A stretch of 64,000 nt of DNA, taken from contig CAVNZM010000008.1 in the NCBI GenBank assembly GCA_963693365.1, forward strand, positions 10,736,623-10,800,622, read 5' to 3'. A model generated the notes under the pieces. That model did no database searches. It had not been told where the DNA came from and was given only the letters and a program-made list of their open reading frames with translations. Numbering within the stretch: position 1 is the stretch's first letter; each line of letters opens with the position of its first letter. This DNA comes from Amoebidium appalachense (Eukaryota > Protista > Ichthyosporea). The position numbers and the translations under genes were made by a program. Positions 1 through 46,020 of the stretch are shown here, piece after piece.

Positions 1-868
1 AATATATATGTAATGCATTATCAACACTTATATCTTTATGGTGGTGGTATCATTCGTATGTTGGCAATATATGCTTGATATGGAACATACTTACATATTT
101 CTTATTTGTACTGTGTTGGGAGTGTATTAATCATACCTCTGTTTATGTCATCAATATACTCACGATATATAAGCAACCTATCGGCGATACCGCATTTATA
201 TATTGATTATAGTTGGATCATATGTTGGCAATACATTGTTTATATGTTTCTTGATATTTAAATCTTTGTATTTCTATGAATTACATATTGGCAATACATT
301 AATAATGCGTTCATAGTGCAACTACAATGCGAAAATACAGTATTATCCATATCATTATCTGTATTTTTGATATTATTTGGTTGTTATTGTAATATCGCCC
401 GGGTATAATTGATATTGGCAATACGTCTATAATGCTAGCGCAATAGTAATGCAATGGCAATGTAATGGCACTCTAATGTATTGGCGATATTGATGTAACA
501 TATACTGGATAATATATTCATATCAGCGGGATATCGACAATAGAGGGTATTGGTACTGTATTACCATTGACAATACCAAAGCAATATTATTGCAATATGG
601 CGTTCCTATTGGCGGCAAGGGGTTCTATTGCCAATATCGCCAATAGCGCCAATAGCAAAAAATATGTTGGCAATACTTCCGGGAAGTTTGCTGATGCGGC
701 CCCTCCTGTGTTTGGACCTCATCTACCGTCACATCAACAGACACGAGAACACAAACTTCAACCCCTTGAGTGGGGATGTTGGAATACGTCACCATGTATG
801 ACAGCAAGAGCCTTGAAGTATGTATGTGTCTTAGCTTGTTTGTATTCGTGTCTGCTTTCCTTCTTTGT

Positions 869-1018
<150 letters not shown>

Positions 1019-2174
1019 CCCCCCCCCCCCCCCCCCCCCCGTATCTCTCACTCCCTTCAAGTTGTTTCTGTGAGCACAGATATCTGTAGATCTGTGCACA
1101 CCTGGCTCTCTTGCCTGATAAGAACTTATTGTGTTTTTATTTCTGTTTGCTCTCCTCTGTTTATCTGAGAGGTAGCGTGATTGGCTAGCCTCACTCGTTG
1201 TCTTTCCTTTATTTCAAAATGGCTTAGTTTTGTTCTCAAAAGGATGGCTCGCCAATAGTCGCGAGCGAGTACATCTGTAGATTGTGTTGTGCATTCCAGT
1301 CTATTAATATATGTGTGTTGTGATTGGACAATAGATATATATGGAATTCGGTTTATTGCAAAGTGTCTTCACTTTGAGAGTGTCGACTATTAGGAAATAT
1401 ATGTATTTAAATAAGTTTCTTTATAGAGACGAACATAAATATATATGTGAGTTAATAGTGACTAGATGTATAATTACTTAATTTATTTAAGTAAGAGTTT
1501 CTAAACTTTAGTTTAATCGAAAGTTGGAATGCGTATGCTCTGTCGGAATGTGTTTTTCTATCTTCTGATAGAACCGATTGGTTCTCCCTCTTTAGTTGTG
1601 ATAAGGTGATAAGTCGCAAGTACAAAAGGAACCGAGAGCACAATAAAGAATCAGTTGTTGTTTGAAATCTTTCAATGTCTCGTGAACAACTCCGATTGCC
1701 CTCTCATTAATGTGTTAGTCGTGTTTTACATGACACCTCTGTGCACTCTGCTCCCTTAGAACCGTACAAAAACAACATCCCCCCCTCCCCCCCCCCCAAC
1801 ACACACACACACGTACACACACACAACCACACCGTGTATACCTCCCCCCCCCCCCCCCCCCCCCCAACACACACACACACGTCTCATTTGTAGCTGCACC
1901 TTTCTGCACAAAAGCGGGCTTACCACTAGTACTTTGGTTCTTTGTCTATGCACAGTGGACATGACCCATATTTAGCCCTTCACCTTCTCTCCTGAAGTGA
2001 ACCTCCTTTCTGTTGAATCGCCACATTTCTTTCAATTTTGACCCTTGTGATCACCCCCCCATCCCCTCCTCCCCTCCCTTATAGCTAAGGCTTTCAGCAA
2101 TAGCGTTTTCTCGTGCCACGTGATAGCTAAGACTTCAAGCTATAGCGCTTTCTCCGCGGACGGCCTCTTTAACA

Positions 2175-2238
<64 letters not shown>

Positions 2239-2266
2239 TTCTATCTACTATTAGAGGGATAGAGGG

Positions 2267-2334
<68 letters not shown>

Positions 2335-3208
2335 GTGTGTGTGAGTAAGAGGGGGGAAGGGGGCGGGGCCGAGAGGAAAGAGGGAGGGATCTCGTACTCG
2401 TTTCAGGCTACACATTCTCTACATCGATATCATCCTTTTCATTACATTATTCTAGAAAACTAAAATACTACATTGTATATCATGTTGGTGGAAACAATAG
2501 CACACAACGGCATACCAGTACCCAGCACCGTGGGTCTCAACGTGTGTGTGATCATGGTTCCTCCCTGTCTGTTGTGGAACTTTAAAACATGCTTGTTTAC
2601 TCAACTAGTAACAAGATTATAATGAAAAACAATAGACAAACATTCAAGGACACTGTCGGCATTTATAAAAGCACCGCAGCACTCTTAAAGCAACATCAAC
2701 AATGATCTCGACATAAGTTAAACATTGAATGATCTAATTCTACTCCTAAACATTCAAGGACACTGTCGGCATTTATAAAAGCACTGCAGCATTCGTAAAG
2801 CAACATCAACAATGATCTCGACATGACATTGAATGATTTAATTCTAATCCTGGCATTTATAAAAGCACTGCAGCATTCGTAAAGCAACATCAACAATGAT
2901 CTCGACATGACATTGAATGATTTAATTCTAATCCTATGTTCCAATAATTGCCGTAGCACAACATAAATACAGTTATCTCAACGTGAAGAAGAATTTGCTT
3001 TAATAATCATGATGCTATATTTAGCAATTTAGCACTAGCAGCTCATGGAGAGGCTGCTTTAATAATCATGATGCTATATTTAGCAATTTAGCACTAGCAG
3101 CTCATGGAGAACAGCCAGTCACCTTGCCACTGCATTTCCTTTTGGAAAACCAGCCAGCCAAACCCATTCTCCCCCTTGCCTCCTGCCGTCGGCCCAAGCT
3201 GTGTGTGT

Positions 3209-3266
<58 letters not shown>

Positions 3267-3449
3267 GGGTTATGTGTATGTTTGTGTGTGTGATGCCAAA
3301 CAGCGTTGGTGGTGGTGAGGACCGGTTGTAACGGTAGAAAGGCGGAGGGGGGGGGGGGGGGGGGGGGGTGGACCCGATTTGGTGGCTTAGTCTGGATGGT
3401 GAGGACCGGTTGGAACGGTAGAAAGGCGGGGGGGGGGGGGGGGGGGGGG

Positions 3450-37765
<34,316 letters not shown>

Positions 37766-38210
37766 CCTCACGTGACGTGGGCCAACTTTGACAGACAGTA
37801 ACATTAAATAGGCGCTAACGCCGTACTGTGAAAGTCACTGCACGCAGTCGCATACGTCTGTACAACGCGCTCGTGTGTGTGTGCTCTCGTGGCAGAACTT
37901 TCCCATCAATATGCCTTCCTCGATAGTAGCACTGATCACCAGTCTGTATACACCAACGAGTGAGGCGAAGCTCGCCCGTTATCGCGATTCATTTTTCGTC
38001 GGTGCCACGAACGTGAGCTCGACTCAAGCCCTTTGGGTAACGCTGCTGCGCGGTGTCAAATTGTGCAGACGTGTAATATTAGTAGAAGAAGAGAGAAGTG
38101 CCTTGGTACCTTTGTAACTAAATTTTGGTAAAAAATGCATTGACTATGTTAACAAAAGACTTGCCCGGCCTGCCATTTTCATCGGTGCTCTCACCGTCAG
38201 ACAATATTAT

Positions 38211-38321
38211 TGGTGGCACATGCCAACGATAAAGTTGGTATAAGGGGTTTACGCTGTTTACTCTTTGTCTCGAGTAAACAGCGTAAACCCCTTATCAATT
38301 TATCGTTGGCATGTGCCACCA
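38211..38321. repeat. ~110-bp near-perfect palindrome / collapsed foldback element
   Basis: Arms TGGTGGCACATGCCAACGATAAA / TTTATCGTTGGCATGTGCCACCA and ATAAGGGGTTTACGCTGTTTACTC / GAGTAAACAGCGTAAACCCCTTAT around a short loop. Confidence 0.9.
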
Positions 38322-39719
38322 GCATTTCAGATACTGTATTCGATGTCAAGCCTCGATTGGATACAGGGATCAATGCCTAGCTAGTTGTAGTATTGGCTGT
38401 ATTGCGTGTGAGTTTGTTTTCTCCCGATATTATAGCTATAGTGTGTCAATATTTAGGTATAATCTGTTTCCTATGACTCACGCTGCCATTGCAATGCGTC
38501 GCAAAATTCTACTGGCCACGGATGGAAATTATTTTTCGTATGTGGCACATTGTGCTGCAACCCATGCTCCCGCGAATTTGAGACCCCATTTCCATATGTG
38601 TGTAACAGTATGTAACTAGTAACTACGGAAAATGAAGCTCCGTTATACCAGAATAACCCTTTTTAGAGTTAATTTATTGATTTTTACTATATGTAGGACC
38701 ACATGCATGCAGTCCTATGTCTGTAACGGAATTTTTCGTGGCCTAATTCTCGAACTGGAAAATCGGAAATCCGCCGTTACACACATACGACTTGCCCCAC
38801 ACATATGAGTGTTAGGGGATCTAATATGATAAAAATTGCATATGACGTAGGCTATGTTCGGTATAGAAAACGCTAACGCTAAAAATCCCTGTCTAGCTCG
38901 CGCGTGTGTATGTAATATATTGGTTTATCAGCATTATCCCTTTTTTGCACATGCAGCCCTTCATTGCATACATGAAATATAGTTTATAATCCAACTTGAG
39001 GTTTTTATTGAACCAATCAGGATACACTATTTTTCTTTAGTTTCAATGGAGCTATATACTGGCCGCCTGCTCAATGACGACATCTTGACGCATATGTAGG
39101 TAGGTATCAACGGTTAAAGGACCGCGTTTGGTATGGTTCCTGAGGCGGCGGCCCAACCAGCTTCCGAGTATATAGCGCCCTGGCCGGCCCAAGCATAAGA
39201 TTGGGCCACTTTCAACTTTATTCATTCAAGTACTTTGCGTGGTTACTTTCATGATATCCGTATGTTCCCACTGAGTATCAAATACTCGAAGGCGACCAGA
39301 AACACGTTAGAGGGCGAAAAATGAAGTTATTTAAATGTCTATTGCTAAATATTTACAAGCTAACAACGACACACTGTATTCTATGATGGGAAACACTGAT
39401 TCGGCTGACATGCGTGTAGCGAGTAGGCGGTTGAAATCGCGGCCCTCTTGCCTCGAATCTCCTCGAAGGTATAGGGGTCCGGTCTTAATGACGTCACTAT
39501 TTGAGAAGGAGGGCAAGCACCGATTGGGGCCCGCGAGAGACTTTCCTGTTTGCGAAACGGAAACGAAACCATGTGTGCACCACGTTACGCGGCCTAATTA
39601 GAACAAACGAAAAATATTAAACGTAAAACTAGGGAACTAAATTGTATGTTTACTTGTTATTTAGTTTTTACCTTCTGTTGCGAATCTTAAAAGGTATACC
39701 CCTAAGGGGTGCCCACACT

Positions 39720-39965
39720 ATGCCCTCTCGTTGTGCAGCAGACCACTGCAAGGCCACTGCTGGGCCTGGTTGTAAGCAGGTGCTTATTTGAAGGCACAGT
39801 GCAGAGGTTGTTAGTTCGTGGTTTAAGAACAAGGAGAACAAGATCCTCACGGATATGTTTCCCATCACCATGGTGCCCAATCACTCCCAGGTTGTCCGAG
39901 TTTGCTTTGGGCTTACACGCTTCCAAGGCAAACTCGTGCACTGGGAGGAAGAAGCCCCTTTATAA
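39720..39965 (+). pseudogene. THAP-like zinc-finger N-terminus of a transposase (disrupted)
   Basis: MPSRCAADHCKATAGPGCKQVLI*RHSAEVVSSW...VRVC, then GLH in a shifted frame. This resembles THAP Mx3Cx4C...W...CxxH. TGA at 39789-39791. Confidence 0.55.
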
Positions 39966-40352
39966 AGCTAATTGTTTTTGTCCCCTACAGCCCCCCCCCC
40001 CCCCCCCCTCCCCGTCCCCTCCCCCCCCTCCCCCCCCCCCCCCCCCTTCAGTTACCCAGTCCCTGTGAAAAAATATGTATATATAAAAGTACCAACAAAA
40101 ACAAATGGCGTGTGTTTGTTTATGTTTTTCACTGAAACGGGGGGAAGGGGGGGGGGGGGGGAGGGAGGAGGAGGGGGGAGAGGGGGAAGGGGAAAGCCTT
40201 GAGGAACCCTTTAGAAAAACACGAGCCCGACAGAGAGGGAAAAAAACGAAACCTTCCTGTCTCCCCCCCCCCCCCCCCCTTCCCCCCCCCTCTCCCCCCC
40301 AGGCCCCTCCTCCCGCCTATTCTTCCCACACACAACCACTACACATTCCTGG

Positions 40353-40411
<59 letters not shown>

Positions 40412-40638
40412 CAGACGCAAGACCTTGCCACCTCAGTAGTTGTGGTAACAGTAGACCTTCATTGATTACAGCACATGGCATACATAACCTAGTGCACAGC
40501 ACTGCCTAGTTACAATTTTCATTACATTTATACAGAACACAAACACCATTTATCCTTAACCGGGCCGGTTATGGTTACCATATCGCACTACTACTAGCGT
40601 TACTAATTTATAAAAGAGACTTATCACTTTACATCGAT

Positions 40639-42017
40639 CTACCTTTTCTTTCGAGCGAGTACAGATGCCTTTGCGGCCCGGGCCTCTCTGGAATACACAT
40701 CATTTATATTATCTATTAATTTCATTAACGATTCAACATTATCTGCATTCACGGCCACACTAGCATTAAGCAATGGATTCTCGCGCAAGAAAATAGGATT
40801 CATATGACACCCTACTTCCTTCCCCTTAAACTTGCCACTATCTTTTTGCCCAGACCCCCCTCCACTCTGGCCATCACCTTCAAGATCCATTTCACCCTCA
40901 CCCCCACCCCCGTTCCGTTCCCTGCCATCACCTACCCCACCACCTTCCCCAACCTTTCCTTTTTTTGTAGGCATGCGAGGCTCCCTTCTTTGAAAAATAT
41001 ACTGCTCGATGGGTTTTATTATATCTTTCTACATCTGCCCCGATGGAACCCCCCACCGTTTTTGTTGGCTAGTGCTTGCAAACAACTGTGGTTCATCCCC
41101 GGGGACCCGACCAGAGAGCCTAACAATATCGGCGTTTGTGTGTATGAGTGCAGCTTGGTGTGTGCATGCAATGCGAGCCTGTGGACACTGACACCAACCA
41201 TCTATCACCTTCTTCACCACGTTGTTCTCCTCCTCCAGCTCCAAATGCAGATAGGCGACATAGAAGTCTGTGGGGGGCGGGTTGGTGCAATGGTAAGATC
41301 TCTGCGTGTCAAGCTCAAAGTCGCAGGATCGATCCTGGTTACTTCCGATTTTTTTCTGCCTCGACGGTCCACCGGTCTGGCCGCCCCCTAGAAGCCATCA
41401 CCCCAGACCACGTCAAAGCAGCACCACCAATTTGTTATCACCCGGCCGTAAGACATGACGTCATGAACAGCACCGGCCCTCTGACGTCGACGGCGCGCCG
41501 CTTAGGCATCCCGGCCCAACGTTCAAGTGGGAGACCAATCCGAGTCACCGGCCACGGTTCGGGTCAGCGTCCTGGGCATGGGGTCTTCCCTTTCAAGTCT
41601 TTATGTTTGTGTATGTGTCCCGGGTCGCTCCCGGCTGGTGTTGTTAAAGTGAGCTGTGCTCATTCCCCACTAGCGTTGCTGCGGCTAGAACCGTGGGATA
41701 AGGCGTAACTAAAAATAGTGCCAGTTGGGGTCAATTAGAATCCTGACTTATGAGTGTGCTATACAGTACGATCTGTGTCTAGGCGGAAGACGGTAAGCTC
41801 CCCTGAGGCAGTGCCTCGCCGGGAGTGAAACGGGATAAAATAAAAAATAAAAAAGGCATAGAAGTCTGTGGCCATGGAACGGGGCACTAAGCCTCGCAGA
41901 AGTACCTTGCGGCTGTCCTTGCAGTAGGAGACCGCCAGGTACTCACTGCACGACATTGCCCGCCGCCAACCGCGAACAAAATTCTTGAGGGGGAAGTGCT
42001 GCATGATTACTAGTACC
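40639..42017 (-). pseudogene. SWIM zinc-finger-containing C-terminal part of the transposon accessory gene, interrupted by a SINE
   Basis: Removing the SINE and one TSD gives ...KNFVRGW...LLRGLVPRSMATDFY|VAYLHLELEEENNVVKKVIDGWCQCPQARIACTHQAAL...STSQQKRWGVPS, i.e. CxCx5CxH plus a TS..W..P tail. A stop and frameshift follow; the last segment ends ...ARKKR* at 40639. Confidence 0.8.
41274..41856 (+). mobile_element. tRNA-derived SINE, ~583 bp, with A-rich tail and 15-bp TSD
   Basis: TSD CATAGAAGTCTGTGG at 41259-41273 and 41857-41871. The head has an A-box-like TGGTGCAATGG and a B-box-like GGATCGATCC. There is a 3' stem-loop (CTCCC..GAGGC-AGT-GCCTC..GGGAG) and an ATAAAATAAAAAATAAAAAA tail. Excision restores the SWIM reading frame. 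Confidence 0.9.
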
Positions 42018-42671
42018 TGCACATGTGTATATAGGTGTCCGCGCAAGCACGTGCAGTGTAGTGTGGATATTCACAGTGTGTGTAGGGAGAAAGCGCGGGA
42101 AAGGGGGACGAAGAGGGGGGGGGGGGGGGGGGGGGGGGGCATGTCAGTCTTTATGTATTCCCAATACCCCCTCCCCCTTCTCCCCACCCCCCTCCAACTC
42201 CCATTCACCTCCCCTTTACCCCCCTTCCCCTCTCCTTCCTCCCTTCCCCGGGTCCATAGTCCTCCATCCCTCGGCCTTCATCTCTTCTGTACCCCTTTTC
42301 CCCTTTACCTAAGAATCCCAGCCCCCTCTCCTTCCGAACTGCACTGACATATCTATCTCCTTGTCCCCCCTCCCCCCCCCCCCCCCCCCCCCCCGAAAAA
42401 CCATCACTCTTATCTACACCCCCCCCCCCCCTCCACTCCCCCCTTCATTTTCTTTTCTACCTCTCTCCCCTTCGAGCTTCTTTCCCACACACCTTCCTAC
42501 CTTCACTCTCCCATCTTTATCCCCCCCCCCCCCCCCTCCCCTCCCCCTCCCCTCCTTTTCGAGCTTCACTCCCTTAACTACTCCCCTTCTCCCCCCCAAC
42601 CTTCCACCGGGGCTTCCCCCCCCCCCCCCCCCTCCCCCCCCCCCCCCCCCCCCCCCCCCCCGGCTTCAAGT

Positions 42672-44040
42672 TTAGCCATCATATCTATGTGTGGAACCAT
42701 ACCCTCCCTCATCTGGAACGACGGGTAGCTCTGCCAGAAGCTTGTCCTGCCCATAGACCCACACCCGGTTGTTATATATATCAGGCCGCCCACTCTCTCC
42801 CGTGCCACTGAGCGGTAGAAATTCAAGAGTGTGCGGAACAATATGGCCGGTCAGATAGCAGTCCAAAAGGTTGGCATCGATTGGTGTGCCCAACACCTCT
42901 GGGCGAGGCTCTGTTGGTGTCCAGCAAACGTGCCAGTGCTCAAGCGTAACAGGATTCAGCACTATGTGGGAGCGGAAGGCTACGAGCGCCCGTTCAAATG
43001 CCGTGAACACACTCACAGTATCAAGCTCGTGTGCGTGCATTTTGGGGGCAAGGCGAAGTGACGAGTTCTCAAGAACGTCTTGCACACACTCCAGCCATGC
43101 GTCTAACGAGTGCGTGTCCCCTTTTTGTTTCACTTTCCTCACAAAGTCGTATGCGCCAACCTCAACCACACCCACTAGTTTCAAATAATCACAACCACCA
43201 ACAATGCCAAAAAGAAGCAAATCGTCCATATTCCAGCCTGAGAAATCATATTGTTTATTTTTGTATGTGTGTACTATAAAAATGTCGCGAGCGTGATCGA
43301 CGAGGTAGCATTGAAAACGAGTGAGGGAATCTGTTTTTTGGTCGACCTTGCCCCGCGACAGACCACCGATGAGTATGGGTGAGGATGTATATGCAAGCAA
43401 ATCACTGTCGTCCACCGCTATTACGTCAATTATCTTATTCTGCCCCATGAACGCGAGCTGTGCGTCCGCCTCGTAAGGGGCCACCACCTTCTCTATACCC
43501 TCCGCTTGGCATGTTGCCAACGCCACTCGTGCCATAGACCAGACGACAAAGTGGGACTGTTTAAACTGGCTGTCAACCCGCTCCTGTATTTTCTGACTCT
43601 CCTCCGACGAAGTGGCGTTACAAAGGGTGCCCAGAAGTCGTTTCCCTTCATTATACGAGTTTTCGCACGCCTTTAACCGGTTGCTTTTCTCTGTTTGTTT
43701 GGCAGGCATGAGCTGCCCATCAAAGACAAAAACACTGAGGGGTAGCTCCCAGTCCATGTTGCCAGAAGTGTATTTCTTTTTTGAACTTGTCGGTTATCTT
43801 TTCCACTATTGCTTTTGGTAATACTATTGTGTGTGGGCTGTCAGATGTGTGCAATAACATAGCTAGTTCATGGCTTTCCTTCGACTTTGCAGGTACACTA
43901 CTAAGGGCCTTGTGAAGAATAGCACTAGCATCAATGCCCACCCGCTTGTCACAGAGTAAACTAGAGAGCTCGGCAAAAGTGCACCCCTTTTTCTTTTTCT
44001 CCGTCAGGCCAACCACTGGTAAAAGATTATCAAACCCCAT
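42672..44040 (-). pseudogene. EXO1-like XPG/Rad2-family 5'-3' exonuclease domain (one frameshift near 43760-43785)
   Basis: MGFDNLLP, GIDAS, FVFDG..MPAK..E...R, VAPYEADAQLA, DSDLL, GCDYL (H3TH), FERALVAFRSHIVLNP and GHIVPHT, in EXO1 order with all seven catalytic acidic residues present. No introns across the nuclease domain. Confidence 0.92.
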
Positions 44041-44656
44041 TTTTTACGTTTACTTTTCGTGTGCTTGTTTTGTTTTCGAGGCCTTTTCGTTTTCGTGGAT
44101 CGATGTACGAACGCACATTTCGGACCCTTGCCCTCCTTCTCGGAGCGATCGCCGCTGTGACGTCATTATTACTGAACCCCTATTGCAGGTATTCCCTCGT
44201 GTATTTCAACACGGCCCTCTGAAAAAAAGACGGCCTGGCTGTAGATTACGTCATAAAATCGCATTCCGTTGTGCTCGTGGTATTTCGATCCCCCCCGGCC
44301 GGCCGGCCCTAAAACGAGATGCCGGCAGCCGGCAGGAGTAACGGTCTGCGTAGCAACAAAGTCCGTAACGTATGCATGTGGGACCTCCGCATAATTGCAG
44401 GCATGAATTTGCCGATTTGCGCAACAAAGAATCCGAACCCTGCATGCACGTGCCATCACAGGCTCCGATCCTGCACTCCCCTTGCTTCCGGACAGTGGTA
44501 CACTCGGGCCACACCAGTGCATATGCCGTGCTGTAACACGTGCCCACCGACGTGCAGCAGGCTTCACACCGGCCCACAGGGCCCCACACAGGCTATACAC
44601 GGCCGTACACCTGCATATATTAGCCTGCACATACCCACACACTGGTAGGCTCGGAG

Positions 44657-44696
<40 letters not shown>

Positions 44697-44989
44697 TCCC
44701 TTGACCGTACCTCTCCTATCCATAGATCTCTATCCAATATAATCTAGCTGGCAGGTTGTCAGCCCAAGTCTCCCCCCCCCCCCCCCCCCCCCCCTTCTTC
44801 TAGCCGCACACCAGTAGGCCGCACACGCGCGCACATAGGCTCGCACGTGCCACGCACCCGGTCTTCACCCTGCAGCTGTCGTCGGCTCTGCCACCTACTG
44901 AGATGGCTCCTTATTTTTCCTTACACATTCAGCGAACACCTAACACATACTAACGTGTTGCCGCACGTGCGACGTTTAACATCTACTCA

Positions 44990-45023
<34 letters not shown>

Positions 45024-45028
45024 ACTCA

Positions 45029-45068
<40 letters not shown>

Positions 45069-45457
45069 AAGGAGACACCGCCTCAGTAGGTGGTAGAGCG
45101 AACACTGGACTCTATCGAACAGTCGAGGCGCCGCGACAGAAAGCATGCACGCAGTCGCGAGAGTTAAAGTTCGTAAAGTTCGTCGCAGAGCGTACACACC
45201 GTCAGTACTCAGTACGTGTGAACCCCGGCCGCGGGCCCGCGCGGGCCGGCGGTGGCGCGTGGAGCGCGCGTGTGCCAGGCTGTGCGTGCCGGTCTACCGC
45301 TGCTCCGTTGGCTTCGTTCTGTTGGTCTGGTCTAGTACTAAGTGCATCTGTTTGGGGTCGGCCTGTACCCGTTTGTACTTTTTGTTTGTGTGTGAGTGAG
45401 TGTGTGTCCGTTTGTGCTTTGTGTGTGTGTTTTTTTTTTTGGGAGGGGGGGGGGTTG

Positions 45458-45557
<100 letters not shown>

Positions 45558-45700
45558 TGGTGGTGGTCGTGGTGCCGGGTAAGGGGTGTGGTGATGGGGG
45601 TCATTGATTTGTAGGGGTTTACTGGCTTGATGGCAACATCCAGGACCCCCCCCCCCCCATGATTATAATATATGTGTTTATATGTGTATGCTATTAACTT

Positions 45701-45775
<75 letters not shown>

Positions 45776-45805
45776 GCACGCACGCACGCACGTACAAACA
45801 CCACA

Positions 45806-45926
<121 letters not shown>

Positions 45927-46020
45927 TGTACACACACACACAAACACAAGTGCGCGCACACATCACATGTGCTTTGTATAATAAGCATATAATGCTATCC
46001 TCTTGCAATCTCCCCTTCAG

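Larger units (their letters stand above)
39473..44181. mobile_element. ISL2EU/PHIS-like DNA transposon (decayed) carrying a THAP-transposase remnant (+) and an EXO1/XPG-SWIM gene (-)
   Basis: TIRs AGGGGTCCGGTCTTAATGACGTCAC (39473-39497) and inverse AGGGGTTCAGTAATAATGACGTCAC (44181-44157), 21/25 identical. A second perfect inverted block GAGAAGGAGGGCAAG lies at 39503-39517 / 44141-44127. AT flanks both ends (39471-72, 44182-83). Two convergent genes start just inside each end. Confidence 0.8.

Noticed and set aside
39680-39710. ACCCCT-A-AGGGGT resembling a joined right-end/left-end circle junction, preceded by CGAATCT..AAGGTAT as in the left flank
   Set aside because: Only 6+6 bp of end sequence match; this cannot be distinguished from chance.
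41274-41346. Functional tRNA gene
   Set aside because: The acceptor and anticodon stems pair poorly; it is the head of a TSD-flanked SINE.
40804-41708. Plus-strand ORFs of 195 aa and 186 aa
   Set aside because: They are antisense to the SWIM exon or run through the SINE, and show no recognisable motifs.
41738-41750. AGAATCCTGACTTA word shared with ~62648-62661
   Set aside because: The match is too short and does not extend.
42672-44040. Host EXO1 gene or endogenous giant-virus region
   Set aside because: It is frameshifted, intronless across the domain in an intron-dense genome, and bounded by TIRs. No capsid, polymerase or other viral genes are nearby.
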